A stretch of DNA of 64,000 nt. It comes from Escherichia phage HK6. The notes below the pieces were generated by a model. It ran no database searches and was not told the DNA's origin. It saw nothing but the letters and a program-made list of their open reading frames with translations. The position numbers and the translations under genes are program-made. The stretch lies in the sequence record PP724615.1. The stretch is one strand, 5' to 3'. Of this stretch, positions 42,010 through 52,707 are shown piece by piece (the stretch's first letter is position 1; every line of letters begins with the position of its first letter).

Positions 42010-42431
42010 TATTGAGTTACCCCGTCACTAATATAAATTTTACCTTCCATAATACGGAAAGAGCTAGTAGCACTACCAACAGCTGTTCTAGTAATTATAA
42101 CATCGTAGTATCCAGCTAACCTTTGTCTAGGATTATACCTATCCCTTTCTTTGGATGCTTTGGAAGCAATAGTAGTTACGGCATTAACAGGTAAGCTTAT
42201 AGATGCTACACCTTGTCTAGCATCCACAATAGAAGTGGTAAAGGATGCTAAAGTTTCAGCTCCATCTTCTAAGCTACTTTTAATACTTCCTCTAAGAGAG
42301 AAGCCAGTAAGATCTACTGGCTTAGATGTAGCAGGATAAACACTATCATCTACATCCATAAATTGCATAAGTAAACCATAAGGTACGTTTTCGTCTACTA
42401 CTAAATCAATAACTCTATTTTCTGTACTCAT
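42009..42431 (-). CDS. collar protein, T5 p132-like, 140 aa
   Basis: size and position between pb4 and ltf as in T5. Confidence 0.7.
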   Translation of the reverse strand: MSTENRVIDLVVDENVPYGLLMQFMDVDDSVYPATSKPVDLTGFSLRGSIKSSLEDGAETLASFTTSIVDARQGVASISLPVNAVTTIASKASKERDRYNPRQRLAGYYDVIITRTAVGSATSSFRIMEGKIYISDGVTQ

Positions 42432-42435
42432 TATT

Positions 42436-44538
42436 TTACCTTATATGGATATACCCGTTTTGCAGGTCTATCTTCATTTTGTAAGATCCCTCTGGATTAG
42501 AGGATAGTGCTGCTGCACGATCATATATAATATTTACACCAATTTGTGATAAGAAAGCGTTATTAGCAACAATTTTACTAGCAGTTACTGTACCATTAAC
42601 TATCATATCACCATGTAAAACCATTGCAGGGCTAGCCCATGCTGAACCATTCCACTGCCTAGTAAACGCTGTTCCTGGTGCTCCGCTCTTATACTCTGTT
42701 AGTACATCATATTTAACAGGACCAGTACCAAAGTTAGATGTAAAAAACGAATTAGCTTGAGAATCATTCCATGCTGTTAAATTCGCAATAGCAAGAGAAT
42801 ACATTCCAGGACCACGTTGTCCATTATTACCTGGTCGTCCATCAGCTCCTGGTTTACCATCTGCTCCTGGTCTACCATCAACACCTTCAGTACCACTCCA
42901 TTGAACTACATCTGACCAACTGGTTCCGGATACTAACTGATTAGTAACAGGGTCTAGAGTACCAGTAGAGCAGTAAATATTTTGAGTATTAGATGTTCTA
43001 TTTGGTGGGGTTTTAGACCAACCAGAAGGTGGGTATGCAGGGCTTGTTGGTTTAGCAGGTAATGAAGTACCTAGAATATAAATAAATACTGTTTGTTTAC
43101 CCTGTATACCCGTCGCTATATCAATGTCGCCATTAGGTGTACCGATCACAACTCCACTAGAAATTCTTAAGGTATCACCATCATAACGAATATATTGTGT
43201 AGCATTACCGATATCTAGTTTTGGCTTCGCAGTAGCATTATCCATACCCATCCAAATACCAGATTTTGTATCCCCCCAAGTTTTACCTTGAGTATAGATT
43301 GCAGGGTTGTCTTGACCAGTCAAATTAGTCATGACAAAGTTCGCAGCATTAATGGTTTTGGTTATTACACTTCCATCAACGTTAACTATCTTTTTAATAG
43401 GGTCAAAAGATATTGGTGCTTTTCCTTCGGCATCTAGAAGTCCAATGTTAATTGCACCGGTGGCAGCGTCTATTAGAAAGGTTTGTTTCCAGGTAGATCC
43501 ATCTTTAATCTTACCCTTGATGTATGCATAGTTTACTTCGATACCGGTCTCATTAACAAAACTATTATCTAACGGTGTACTCTCATTTAGTATAAATGTC
43601 TGTACTGCGGAATCAGTAACATCTTGAGCATCTGGTCCCCAGGCAATAGATGACACTTTAAATTTATGCTCTACTTTCCATGGGAATGATATAATTGTTG
43701 CCGACTGAGCAGCCCCCACGTTGATTTTTTGTGCTTTAGTCCATCCAGTTCTTGCAAATTCTGCTGAATCTATATAAGAGACAACGAATTCACGAACGTT
43801 GGCACCTGCACCCCTATTCCAATCCCATTGCACACGTAAATCATAGCGTTCTTTACCGTCTGCTATACGCGCAGCTTTAAACGCAATATTAACAGGAGCT
43901 GTAGGGGGTACAAAGTTATATCTAACTTCAAAGACAGTAGGATACTCATAGTATCCAGATGAATCAATAGTTACTCCATCTGGTAGGGATATTTGTCCAG
44001 AAATTCTTACCTTATAGAACCCTATTGGCACACCACCAAACATAATAGTTGGCATCAACGCACCAACATAATATTTAACCCACGGATTATTAGCATTAGA
44101 ATTGTTTTTTAATTCTATAGTACAATAATCAGCTTCTCCTGTAGTATCTATATAAACTATTGGCGCTCCAACACCTACGTCTACAGGCTCTGATTCACAT
44201 CTAGTACCTGTAATTCTAGGTGCCGACTTCATTTTAAAAGTTTGTTTGTCAGATAGATTAATACCTATCTGAGCATTAAGTAGTTCAGAGTCTATTATAG
44301 AATCATAAAATGCACCCTGAACTTCATAAGTTGTTGTAGGTTTTAGGTTATTAATAGTTACAGAGAAGGTATCAACTCCAGTAAAATCTCTACGAGTAAC
44401 ATTGCTACCTTCTTTAAGCCAAAAAGATCTGCCTATAACGTCGTAATCAGAGTAGATAGAATGCTGGATATACGCCAACGTATATCCAGTTAAGACGCTA
44501 TTTAGGACCATTTTAGCTGGTGCATTATTTGAAATCAT
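42436..44538 (-). CDS. baseplate/central straight-fibre protein, pb4-like, 700 aa
   Basis: synteny, size, beta-rich repeats, short collagen-like run. Confidence 0.8.
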   Translation of the reverse strand: MISNNAPAKMVLNSVLTGYTLAYIQHSIYSDYDVIGRSFWLKEGSNVTRRDFTGVDTFSVTINNLKPTTTYEVQGAFYDSIIDSELLNAQIGINLSDKQTFKMKSAPRITGTRCESEPVDVGVGAPIVYIDTTGEADYCTIELKNNSNANNPWVKYYVGALMPTIMFGGVPIGFYKVRISGQISLPDGVTIDSSGYYEYPTVFEVRYNFVPPTAPVNIAFKAARIADGKERYDLRVQWDWNRGAGANVREFVVSYIDSAEFARTGWTKAQKINVGAAQSATIISFPWKVEHKFKVSSIAWGPDAQDVTDSAVQTFILNESTPLDNSFVNETGIEVNYAYIKGKIKDGSTWKQTFLIDAATGAINIGLLDAEGKAPISFDPIKKIVNVDGSVITKTINAANFVMTNLTGQDNPAIYTQGKTWGDTKSGIWMGMDNATAKPKLDIGNATQYIRYDGDTLRISSGVVIGTPNGDIDIATGIQGKQTVFIYILGTSLPAKPTSPAYPPSGWSKTPPNRTSNTQNIYCSTGTLDPVTNQLVSGTSWSDVVQWSGTEGVDGRPGADGKPGADGRPGNNGQRGPGMYSLAIANLTAWNDSQANSFFTSNFGTGPVKYDVLTEYKSGAPGTAFTRQWNGSAWASPAMVLHGDMIVNGTVTASKIVANNAFLSQIGVNIIYDRAAALSSNPEGSYKMKIDLQNGYIHIR
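42805..42885 (-). repeat. collagen-like run of nine G-X-Y triplets in pb4-like protein
   Basis: [27 protein letters not shown]. Confidence 0.8.
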
Positions 44539-47388
44539 TTAAATAGTAGCCCAACTAACAGATTGCTCACCATTTTCCCCTTCTGCTCTAATCCTAAATC
44601 GTAGTTTACGATTAATTCCTAAAGCACCAGAGTTTAATAGTGCAAAATCCGCCTTATTATATGTTAATAGATAGTCATAAGTATAGGCATCCTCTATCCT
44701 AATACTACGAAGCATTCTATCCTGAGAATCATGTATTTCTAGAGTATAATAAATTTCTGGAATTATTTCTTCCTCAGGTATCTTATCCCAAGCAAGCTTC
44801 ACGTCTGGCCCAACAAATTCAGTTACATCTCCAGAAGCTGTATTAGTTACTCTGAAGTTACTAACTACACTCAAGTTTCTAGCAGAGTTAAGATCCACGG
44901 AAAGAGTAACAGGAGAACTACGTCTACCGTTAATATCAACAGCACGTAATTCAAAAATAGCTAAACCAGCAGGCTCACCTATAATCTCCTGAATCATCCT
45001 TTCATTAGGATTATTCTCTAATTGCTGAATTATGTAAGGATCTACATGACCTGAATGAGCTATAGAATAATATACTACGTTATTAGTAAGACTAGGTAGC
45101 CAAGATAGTTCCCCATTTTTACCTATAGCACCTATCATGCCACCAGGAGTTGGGGTATATTTAAAGTCTCTAGGAGGAAGAACATTATTACTAATATCTG
45201 GAATATCATTGCCGCTATTATCCACTTGATCAGAATTGATGAATACATCTTCACCATACTCTTGTAGTGTTAAATTAATCTTACCATCACGAGTATTTTC
45301 TACTTCATCTACTAAGAAGAACTTGTCTTTCCACCCATAACGCTCGTAAGTAAAAGCAATCGGGTCATTTGGCTCTATACCAATAAACTTATATGGTACT
45401 GAGAAGCTAAGTGTACGTGAGTACCTGGACTTTTTAAGCTCTCTATCAGCGTAACTACGAGCGGTGTAGTAGTTAGTAATATTTGCAAAAGATAGCTGAA
45501 GTTTTTTATCCAAACCCTTATCTTGTTCTTTAAACTTAGAGTTATAGAATGTAATAGAGTTTGTTTTCCAGCTTAGTGCAGGATCTACTAAAGATGCTTG
45601 TACTGAGTTAAACTTATTCCTACCAGTAGTATCAGATAAGTCTAAGTCCCCATAAGTATCTAGAAAACCTATTTTCAAAGGAGTTGTAGAGTGCTTCTCT
45701 ACAGTTATTCTATACTCACCAGATAAGTTATTTATAGCACCACCAAAAGAGTCTAGTACTCCCTGAACGTTTTTAAATACTGATTCGGAGGTGTCTAATA
45801 TAGTGTTTAACTGGACTACTTGGCGGTGTTCAGAAATAGAATCACTCCAACCAATATATCTCCAATAGGGTTGCCAACTAATCTGATAAGACTCATCGAT
45901 TATATCCAGAATTTTTGCTTCTGATATAATTTTTTGTAGTGGAAACTGATCTAGAGTTATATTAGCTCCATAACGTTCAGAGGTTAGATAGTCCATGAGC
46001 TGCCAGATACCGTTAAGGCTAGTTTTATCAGCTTTAACAGACCCATCAGAGCTATATACTTTAACTTTCTTACCTTGTACTTCGGCACTAATTTCTGGAA
46101 TTTCAGTTCTATTCTCGTTAATAGTAAATCTAACTACAGCATAGGCTGTATCTAAGAGCTTATAACGAGAATCCCAGTACTCTGGACCATTGCCATTTTG
46201 ATTCTGTAAATAGAAACCTCTTCTTTTAGCAATATCTACTAGTACTTGAGCTGCTGTCTGGTCGGGTTTGCCATGAAAAGTCCATATTCTTATATCGCCA
46301 TTACCATCATTATACTTGTACTCCTGGCCATGTACAGAGGGTTGAGAAGTACTTGTACCCGCAGCCAATCTATGCATTGTATCGCCCACTAGTTTCTTAC
46401 GACCAAAGCAGGTTCTAGCACTGGAATCCGTTTCATCAAAACAGATCATTGGGCTGTCACCAATATAGAAATCTAGAAATCCGTCAATTTCTCCTTCCGA
46501 AAACGCATAGACTACATACACTATATTAGGGTTATTTAGCTCAGTATCTGCAAAAATAGGGATACCAGGAATTTTCTGAACCCCATATACAACAGGTATG
46601 AATTTAGCAGCTAAGTTAAAGTCTAAATCAACTTCTTTAGTTACAGTCTCATAATACTTTTTAAGACTGTAACTTCTTGATAGCCCAAAAAGTTTCTTCT
46701 TGGACTGAAGTTTATAGCGTTCTTCTTTTACCTGATATTTAGCTAATATAGTGGTACTTTTATTAGAGTGGAAGAATCCATAGTCTTCTTGGTACTCAGG
46801 GCGTTTAGCACCATTTGATGGCTGAAGAGTCCCATTAACAACTTCAAGACCTCGGTGAGAAGCATCATCAGTATAACGACCATTCACTCTATCAAAGTCG
46901 TAGAACTGGTTGGAACAGTTCCACGTTATAACAGAAGTTCCTATACCAGAAGTGTTAACATTATCCTTTATTCCTCCGCCAGTAATTTTACCCCGAAAGA
47001 ATAGTAAAGGTCCATTAGTATCAGGATCCACAGGAAGAATATTACCTTCTTCATCAATTATAGCTTGATGTATAGTGATAGTTCTATCTAAGAAAGATAC
47101 TCCATTTTGAACTAGTTTTAATACTTCATCTTCTGCTGTACCAGTTATGGTAAAAGATAGGCTCCCAATAGATAGTTCACGGTTTTGTTTATGGGAGCCG
47201 ATACTTTTTACTTTACCAGATCTATATAAGATTCCGTTATAAGTAACATCTCTAAAGTAGTCAGTTAAATAAATATAAGTAGCAGCAGAGCCTGATGAAC
47301 TAGGAAGCTCTAAAGCTATAAGACAAGCTGTTTTTAGCTTGTCATGAGTATTAAGATATGTTTTAGCACTATCGAGTATCTGCTTCAT
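44539..47388 (-). CDS. baseplate hub protein, pb3-like, 949 aa
   Basis: same length as T5 pb3, position after distal tail protein. Confidence 0.85.
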   Translation of the reverse strand: MKQILDSAKTYLNTHDKLKTACLIALELPSSSGSAATYIYLTDYFRDVTYNGILYRSGKVKSIGSHKQNRELSIGSLSFTITGTAEDEVLKLVQNGVSFLDRTITIHQAIIDEEGNILPVDPDTNGPLLFFRGKITGGGIKDNVNTSGIGTSVITWNCSNQFYDFDRVNGRYTDDASHRGLEVVNGTLQPSNGAKRPEYQEDYGFFHSNKSTTILAKYQVKEERYKLQSKKKLFGLSRSYSLKKYYETVTKEVDLDFNLAAKFIPVVYGVQKIPGIPIFADTELNNPNIVYVVYAFSEGEIDGFLDFYIGDSPMICFDETDSSARTCFGRKKLVGDTMHRLAAGTSTSQPSVHGQEYKYNDGNGDIRIWTFHGKPDQTAAQVLVDIAKRRGFYLQNQNGNGPEYWDSRYKLLDTAYAVVRFTINENRTEIPEISAEVQGKKVKVYSSDGSVKADKTSLNGIWQLMDYLTSERYGANITLDQFPLQKIISEAKILDIIDESYQISWQPYWRYIGWSDSISEHRQVVQLNTILDTSESVFKNVQGVLDSFGGAINNLSGEYRITVEKHSTTPLKIGFLDTYGDLDLSDTTGRNKFNSVQASLVDPALSWKTNSITFYNSKFKEQDKGLDKKLQLSFANITNYYTARSYADRELKKSRYSRTLSFSVPYKFIGIEPNDPIAFTYERYGWKDKFFLVDEVENTRDGKINLTLQEYGEDVFINSDQVDNSGNDIPDISNNVLPPRDFKYTPTPGGMIGAIGKNGELSWLPSLTNNVVYYSIAHSGHVDPYIIQQLENNPNERMIQEIIGEPAGLAIFELRAVDINGRRSSPVTLSVDLNSARNLSVVSNFRVTNTASGDVTEFVGPDVKLAWDKIPEEEIIPEIYYTLEIHDSQDRMLRSIRIEDAYTYDYLLTYNKADFALLNSGALGINRKLRFRIRAEGENGEQSVSWATI

Positions 47389-47999
47389 AGACTTTCCCTC
47401 AAGGAAAGTGAAATACCAGAGTAAGTACCATTGTTATTTAATGTAGAACCAAAAGAATCAGCATTCATTAGCTTAGTTCTAAATAGGATACCATTAAAAA
47501 CTGGTTTTTCACTACCCGTAGTAGTAATAAATAGGTCAGGGTATAAGGATAAGTTCCATACATTTCCTGAGCTAGTAAAATTTGTTATTTTATAGACTTT
47601 TGGGTGGTTGGATAATTTAAATAGATCTCCAGCTTTTGGTAGTCCTGTCAAGGTTCCATTAGTATTTAGTATAATCTGAGAACCTTTCTGTCCTGCTGGT
47701 ATAGTAACACTTTTAGTATCACCACGTACTCTAAATGCTTCATACTGAGGTAGAAGTACTTCTAGGTAATCTCCAGTTCTTTTATATTCTAAAATTTTAG
47801 AATCTAGGAACGCATATTCATCTGGGAAAAGTTCCGGGTATGAGATATTAATTCCCCAGTATTGAGCAGATATTTTAACCTCTTTGACTTTACCATTAGG
47901 TAATTCATCACGAATCATAGGGTCATTATCTACTACGTTGACGCTTTCAAAACCTAACCCTGGGTACTCTGGGTTCGTGTATGGATCTGGTAGTCTCAT
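47385..47999 (-). CDS. distal tail protein, pb9-like, 204 aa
   Basis: same length as T5 pb9, position after tape measure. Confidence 0.8.
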   Translation of the reverse strand: MRLPDPYTNPEYPGLGFESVNVVDNDPMIRDELPNGKVKEVKISAQYWGINISYPELFPDEYAFLDSKILEYKRTGDYLEVLLPQYEAFRVRGDTKSVTIPAGQKGSQIILNTNGTLTGLPKAGDLFKLSNHPKVYKITNFTSSGNVWNLSLYPDLFITTTGSEKPVFNGILFRTKLMNADSFGSTLNNNGTYSGISLSLRESL

Positions 48000-48026
48000 A
48001 GTTAATTTCTCCTCTTTAATAACAAT

Positions 48027-48055
48027 ATTATAATAGTATTGGAAAATTTTATCAA
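48027..48055 (-). promoter_or_regulatory. consensus-like promoter TTGATA-17-TATAAT upstream of pb9 (matches my memory of T5 PD/E20)
   Basis: -35 48050..48055, -10 48027..48032; downstream ATTAAAGAGGAGAAATTAACTATG. Confidence 0.8.
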
Positions 48056-48074
48056 GAAATTTTTATTTTTCCAT

Positions 48075-48101
48075 AAAGAAAAGGAGGACATAAAGTCCTC
48101 C
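48075..48101 (-). terminator. terminator after tape measure gene (GGAGGAC/GTCCTCC + TTTTCTTT)
   Basis: stem 48083..48101. Confidence 0.8.
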
Positions 48102-48108
48102 TCCAATA

Positions 48109-51100
48109 TTACATATTACCAAGAGATTTAAGGGTGGATCCATTCTCATTAAGAGCCAGTTCCACGGCATCTCTTAAAGCAGTGCTGTTATTCGATGCAA
48201 AATCTCTAAAGCTAGCAGCATCCATTGTGCTAATATTCAGAATGATTGGTCTTCCAGAGGTAGTCTTTGATCCATCGGAAAGCTGATCATTAGGTGTGGC
48301 TTTCATAGGAACCATAGGAGTTACTACTTCGGTACCATGCTCACCCATTTGATAGCTAACTCCAGGATACATCATACCACCTTCAGCACGCGGAACAAAT
48401 GAGTTAGCATTACCAACACCTTTATCACCACGTAAGTAGGATAATTCTCCTGAACTAGCCTGCATAGATACATCAACGTTCTTCTGTCGCTCACCTAAAG
48501 TTAGGTACTGAGTAGTATCTGCTCCAGAATCTGCAATAGAAGACATACCAGATGCAGAAGATGCTTGAGCAAGAGCTAAGGCACCTGCCAAACCTGCCGC
48601 CACCATCAAAGGAATAGAGAACGGGTATGGTACAGCTGTTGCCGCTTGCATTACTGCTACTGCAGTTTGGATGATAATCTGCTTCTTAGCTGCGTCTTGT
48701 TGAATCTTCAGCTTTTCAGCTTCCAACTTCTTCAACTTAGCTTTAGATGCTTCTGATTTACCATCACGTTTCTGCTCTGCTGCAATAGCTTGATCAATGG
48801 CACTAACCTGCTGGCTAGTACTATATTGAATCATAGAGGCTACAGTCTGCATACCGGAAGCAATCATAGACGTAGTATCTAGAGACCCCTGAGAGAACTG
48901 AATCATAGCATTAGTTAAATTACCCATGCTTTGAGCTACAGCAGTAGCTTCGGAATTTAACTCAGATAGTTTAGAAATTGCTTGGTCATAGGAAGACATC
49001 CTATTCTGCATATCAGCAAAATCTTTATCCTCTCCAGATAGCCCAGTTGTAGGAGTATACGTAGCTCCTACGGAAGAACCTACCTGTTGCTGCATCTGAC
49101 TTTCTCTCTGCTTCCTAAGTTGCTCTAAAGCAGCTGCAGTTTTATAAATCTCATTGCGATACTTAAGCTCTTCTTCAGTATTGCCCTTAGACAGCTCCAG
49201 CTGTTGCTGCAGAATGGATAACCTTTCAGTGAGAATCTGAGACTGGCCAGTAACATTTCTCTGCGTTTGGCTAACCTCTAAGGCATCCATGAGAGCTGAC
49301 ACATGAGTAGCGGTAGCCTGTTTCTCTGCTTCCCATAGTTCTCTACTTATTTGTGCTTGAGCACGTCTAGACTGTTCAGCCTCTTTCTGTTTGTCCGCTT
49401 GTTTTGTATACCATTCGTACTTCTCTCTCTCTATAGTTAGTTCTAGTTTTAGCTGAGCTAGTCTATATTGAGTAGTAGTCATAGTACGGTCATTCAGAAG
49501 AGCTATCTCACGATCTACACCAAGAATTTTATCTGTGTAATCCTTGACCTTCTTCTGGGCTTCCATACCCTGATTGGTAAGTTTAAGTTTCTCCAGCTGA
49601 ATTTTTTCAATTTCTTTTTCAACAGCTTTATTCCCCTGGTTTGTTTGAAGAACGCGGCGTAAAGCAGCTTCTTGCTCTTCTAACTGTTGTAATTCTAAAC
49701 GCCTACCGGCTTCCTGTGCCTTTTCTTTATCCTTAGTTTGATTGTATACATCAGCTATCTTCTGTTGAACTGCTAACTGATTTTTAGTTTCATTACCAGT
49801 TAGTTTAACATACTCAGATAGAGCCTGAGACGCAGTTTTCATTTCAGACAGAGTGTTATACCCCAGGTTAAGGTTTTTAACATACTCATCTGCACTTTTA
49901 CCAGTACCTAGAGATAGAGATTCTATGTTTTTTATAGCATCTGCTAAAGTAGCACTAGTCTTAGCAGCAGTATCTGTATTCTGAGCAACGTTCTGTATAT
50001 CATTAGCTAAGTCACTAGCAGTTTTCTTAGTCTGATTATATGCTTTTTGTTGTTCAGTTAGTCCTTTTAATACAGTAGAGTTAAAATCGTATACAGCATC
50101 AGGATCAGTAGTATCTCTCTGTAGATTAATCTGTTTCTGAAACTCTGGATTAGCCTTTGCAGCAGCAGCCCCAGCAGCTTGATACGCTGATTTCCAAGCA
50201 GTAAGATTCTCTGTAGAATCAGTAACTTCTTTATCCAAGCGTGCTACTTGTAGTCCCATAGCGGCGGTTTCTGCTACAAATTGTTTATTAGCTTCCGAAG
50301 CACCTGCTGCTGCAAGACCAACAGGAATACCTTCACCAACTTGACGTATAGCTAATTTTGTATAGAAATCTGCTTGTTCCATTCGTTTATCGAACTCAGA
50401 TTTTAGCTTATTACGCTTATCAAGAGATTCCTTATACATATCTAGAGCTTTATTATAGCCCTCTTCAGAAGCGGCCAAACTTAAAGCAACAGCACCAACG
50501 TTAGTAGGATCTATCTGTCTATTAGTTTTTTCTTGAGCTCTAGCTGCTTCAGCAGATACAGAAGCCTGAGAAGTATAAAATACTGTGTTGATAGCATCAA
50601 TTACTGGCCCTAGGTATTTAGCAGCAGCTTGTTGTATTGTTCTTAGTGCAGCATCTGCGTTAGCAGCAAATTGCTCCCACGGAGTAGCACGTAAAACTTC
50701 ATCTAAGTAACCAAAACGTTTAGTAGATTCTGCTATAACAGCATTGGCATACGCTTGCTGTTTCTGGAAGGTAGTAAGGCTATTAATATTATATGTTATA
50801 CCTGTGTTTGCAGCATTTAACTGTTTAACGTAATCAGCATAAGCATCGTTAAGACGAATAGTAACACCAAGTTCATCCAGAAGTTCGATTTCTTGTTTAG
50901 ATACACCCTTAATTACACGGTTAAGTGCATCAGTCATATCAACGCCAAGAACAGCAGCAGCACGACGAGCTACTAAACCAAATTTATTAAGTTGTTCGGC
51001 ATCAAATCCATAAGCAGATGCTGAAGATGCCTGTCTCATTGCTTCTTCAAAAGAGATTGCATAGCCAGCTGCCTCTTGTAGTGATCTAGCAAGGGACTGA

Positions 51101-51789
51101 ACAGGAGTACCTGTCTGAGTACCTACTATAACACCAAATTTTTCTAGACGATTTAACTGATCACCTAGTTTAAGTTGTTCGAATGCAGATTGCAAAACGA
51201 AGATGTTGGAAGCAATAGCAGCGTATAACAGTGGTAAACCACCACCTACCTTAGCCATTGCCGCAAAATCACGAGTTGCACCACGTGCTGAACCAGAAGT
51301 ATTACCAATGGCTCTAGAAGCTCTACCAGCGGCACCAGCAGTATCATTAAAACCTCTAGCTGTACCGCCTAAAACTCTATTGGTATCATACAATCTATCT
51401 TGAACTTTTTCTGTTGCAGCTGCAACATCATTACCCATTGCTTTAACAGATCTAGAAACTCCATCGAATCCAATCTCTAGTTTATCTGTTACTTCAATAA
51501 GTTGGATAGCCAGGTAATCTAGCTTATCACCAATACCATCAATGGATTTAGTGATACCAGCCATACCCCTACTAGCTTGCATTTTAGTAAGACTTTTTGC
51601 TGCCCTATCCGCTGCCCTCTCAATGGAGTAAAGGGTTTTGGGCATTTTACCTAACTGCTCATTTGTCAGTTCGGAAGCAGCAGCAGCGTTTTCCAACGCA
51701 TCAGATACGTTTTCAATAGACTTTGCAGTACGAGTTGCCCCCTTCTGCTTAACGTCTATTAGTAATTCTCGTATTAGCTTATCAGTCAT
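48109..51789 (-). CDS. tape measure protein, pb2-like, 1226 aa
   Basis: very long helical/coiled-coil protein with hydrophobic segment AVPYPFSIPLMVAAGLAGALALAQA near the C-terminus; position. Confidence 0.9.
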   Translation of the reverse strand: MTDKLIRELLIDVKQKGATRTAKSIENVSDALENAAAASELTNEQLGKMPKTLYSIERAADRAAKSLTKMQASRGMAGITKSIDGIGDKLDYLAIQLIEVTDKLEIGFDGVSRSVKAMGNDVAAATEKVQDRLYDTNRVLGGTARGFNDTAGAAGRASRAIGNTSGSARGATRDFAAMAKVGGGLPLLYAAIASNIFVLQSAFEQLKLGDQLNRLEKFGVIVGTQTGTPVQSLARSLQEAAGYAISFEEAMRQASSASAYGFDAEQLNKFGLVARRAAAVLGVDMTDALNRVIKGVSKQEIELLDELGVTIRLNDAYADYVKQLNAANTGITYNINSLTTFQKQQAYANAVIAESTKRFGYLDEVLRATPWEQFAANADAALRTIQQAAAKYLGPVIDAINTVFYTSQASVSAEAARAQEKTNRQIDPTNVGAVALSLAASEEGYNKALDMYKESLDKRNKLKSEFDKRMEQADFYTKLAIRQVGEGIPVGLAAAGASEANKQFVAETAAMGLQVARLDKEVTDSTENLTAWKSAYQAAGAAAAKANPEFQKQINLQRDTTDPDAVYDFNSTVLKGLTEQQKAYNQTKKTASDLANDIQNVAQNTDTAAKTSATLADAIKNIESLSLGTGKSADEYVKNLNLGYNTLSEMKTASQALSEYVKLTGNETKNQLAVQQKIADVYNQTKDKEKAQEAGRRLELQQLEEQEAALRRVLQTNQGNKAVEKEIEKIQLEKLKLTNQGMEAQKKVKDYTDKILGVDREIALLNDRTMTTTQYRLAQLKLELTIEREKYEWYTKQADKQKEAEQSRRAQAQISRELWEAEKQATATHVSALMDALEVSQTQRNVTGQSQILTERLSILQQQLELSKGNTEEELKYRNEIYKTAAALEQLRKQRESQMQQQVGSSVGATYTPTTGLSGEDKDFADMQNRMSSYDQAISKLSELNSEATAVAQSMGNLTNAMIQFSQGSLDTTSMIASGMQTVASMIQYSTSQQVSAIDQAIAAEQKRDGKSEASKAKLKKLEAEKLKIQQDAAKKQIIIQTAVAVMQAATAVPYPFSIPLMVAAGLAGALALAQASSASGMSSIADSGADTTQYLTLGERQKNVDVSMQASSGELSYLRGDKGVGNANSFVPRAEGGMMYPGVSYQMGEHGTEVVTPMVPMKATPNDQLSDGSKTTSGRPIILNISTMDAASFRDFASNNSTALRDAVELALNENGSTLKSLGNM

Positions 51790-51792
51790 GTT

Positions 51793-51814
51793 TTATTTTT
51801 CCCAATAAAAAAGG
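51793..51814 (-). repeat. 22-nt element CCTTTTTTATTGGGAAAAATAA, copy 1 (before tape measure start)
   Basis: identical to 56795..56816. Confidence 0.85.
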
Positions 51815-51837
51815 CTCTGGGCAAATCACCCAGAGCC
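51805..51837 (-). terminator. terminator between chaperone and tape measure genes (GGCTCTGGG/CCCAGAGCC + TTTTTTATT)
   Basis: stem 51813..51837. Confidence 0.85.
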
Positions 51838-51872
51838 AAGCCTCATCGTGGAACGCCCATTGGAGGAAACTT

Positions 51873-52241
51873 TTACCGTGCTCGAGATTTAGCATGTGGC
51901 TTAACGTTAGGAATCCTTCCGTTTTGCGGTTTATGCTTCTCAGCACGTTTACGTGCAGCATCTACAGCTTTAGCATCAAATATATTGATAATGTGTAGAA
52001 CAAATTCTTTTTCTATAGGATCAGTAATCCCATAAATATCAAATAAAACACCTAATGCAGCCTTATCCTTACCTATAAAAATAGGAAAGTCACCCGGTAT
52101 GAAACAGTCAATTAGACTGTTATAAATATTCATACTAATAGCTACAATAGGTGGAAAATCCTCAAGTTCAACGGGCATAGCCTTAGGATCAGGCTCTATA
52201 CCCATTGACTCACAAAGTATTAAATATTGTTGTTTGGTCAT
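51873..52241 (-). CDS. tail assembly chaperone, T-like part, 122 aa (possibly expressed as frameshift fusion)
   Basis: position before tape measure, no RBS at its ATG, frame open 87 nt upstream into the end of the preceding ORF. Confidence 0.55.
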   Translation of the reverse strand: MTKQQYLILCESMGIEPDPKAMPVELEDFPPIVAISMNIYNSLIDCFIPGDFPIFIGKDKAALGVLFDIYGITDPIEKEFVLHIINIFDAKAVDAARKRAEKHKPQNGRIPNVKPHAKSRAR

Positions 52242-52302
52242 TTTAGATGCTGAGCTTTTAATACATTTATCTGCAAAATCAGCAACAGCATCTAGAAGTT
52301 CT

Positions 52303-52707
52303 TTACGCTTTTGCGCTACGAAAAGTGTCTAAGTGGAACACTGTCTGGTTGATCCAAGAATCAAACGCAGCAGAGTTCTGCATAAGCATTACAGCATTAT
52401 CGCGACTAAAAGGAACTTCAGTCTCAGGATCAGCATCTGTTTCAATCAGCATCAGTTTTTCAACGTCACCTACAGTCAAACCAGTCCAACCTTTAATAGC
52501 AGCATCAACGAAGGCTTCAATGAACTTATCATCATCCTGTACCTGAATCAAAGTACCATTAACCCACTCATCACGCTTAGCAGAAGTGATAACTCGTTTA
52601 GAAGTAGCACGAGACATATAATTAAGCTCTAGCTTAAAATTCGGCATACCTGGGTATGAGAGAGTGACAGTACGAGTTTCTAGAGTAATATCTTTTAAGT
52701 TAATCAT
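52303..52707 (-). CDS. tail assembly chaperone, G-like, 134 aa
   Basis: position between the p140-like minor tail protein gene and the tape measure gene; size. Confidence 0.6.
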   Translation of the reverse strand: MINLKDITLETRTVTLSYPGMPNFKLELNYMSRATSKRVITSAKRDEWVNGTLIQVQDDDKFIEAFVDAAIKGWTGLTVGDVEKLMLIETDADPETEVPFSRDNAVMLMQNSAAFDSWINQTVFHLDTFRSAKA

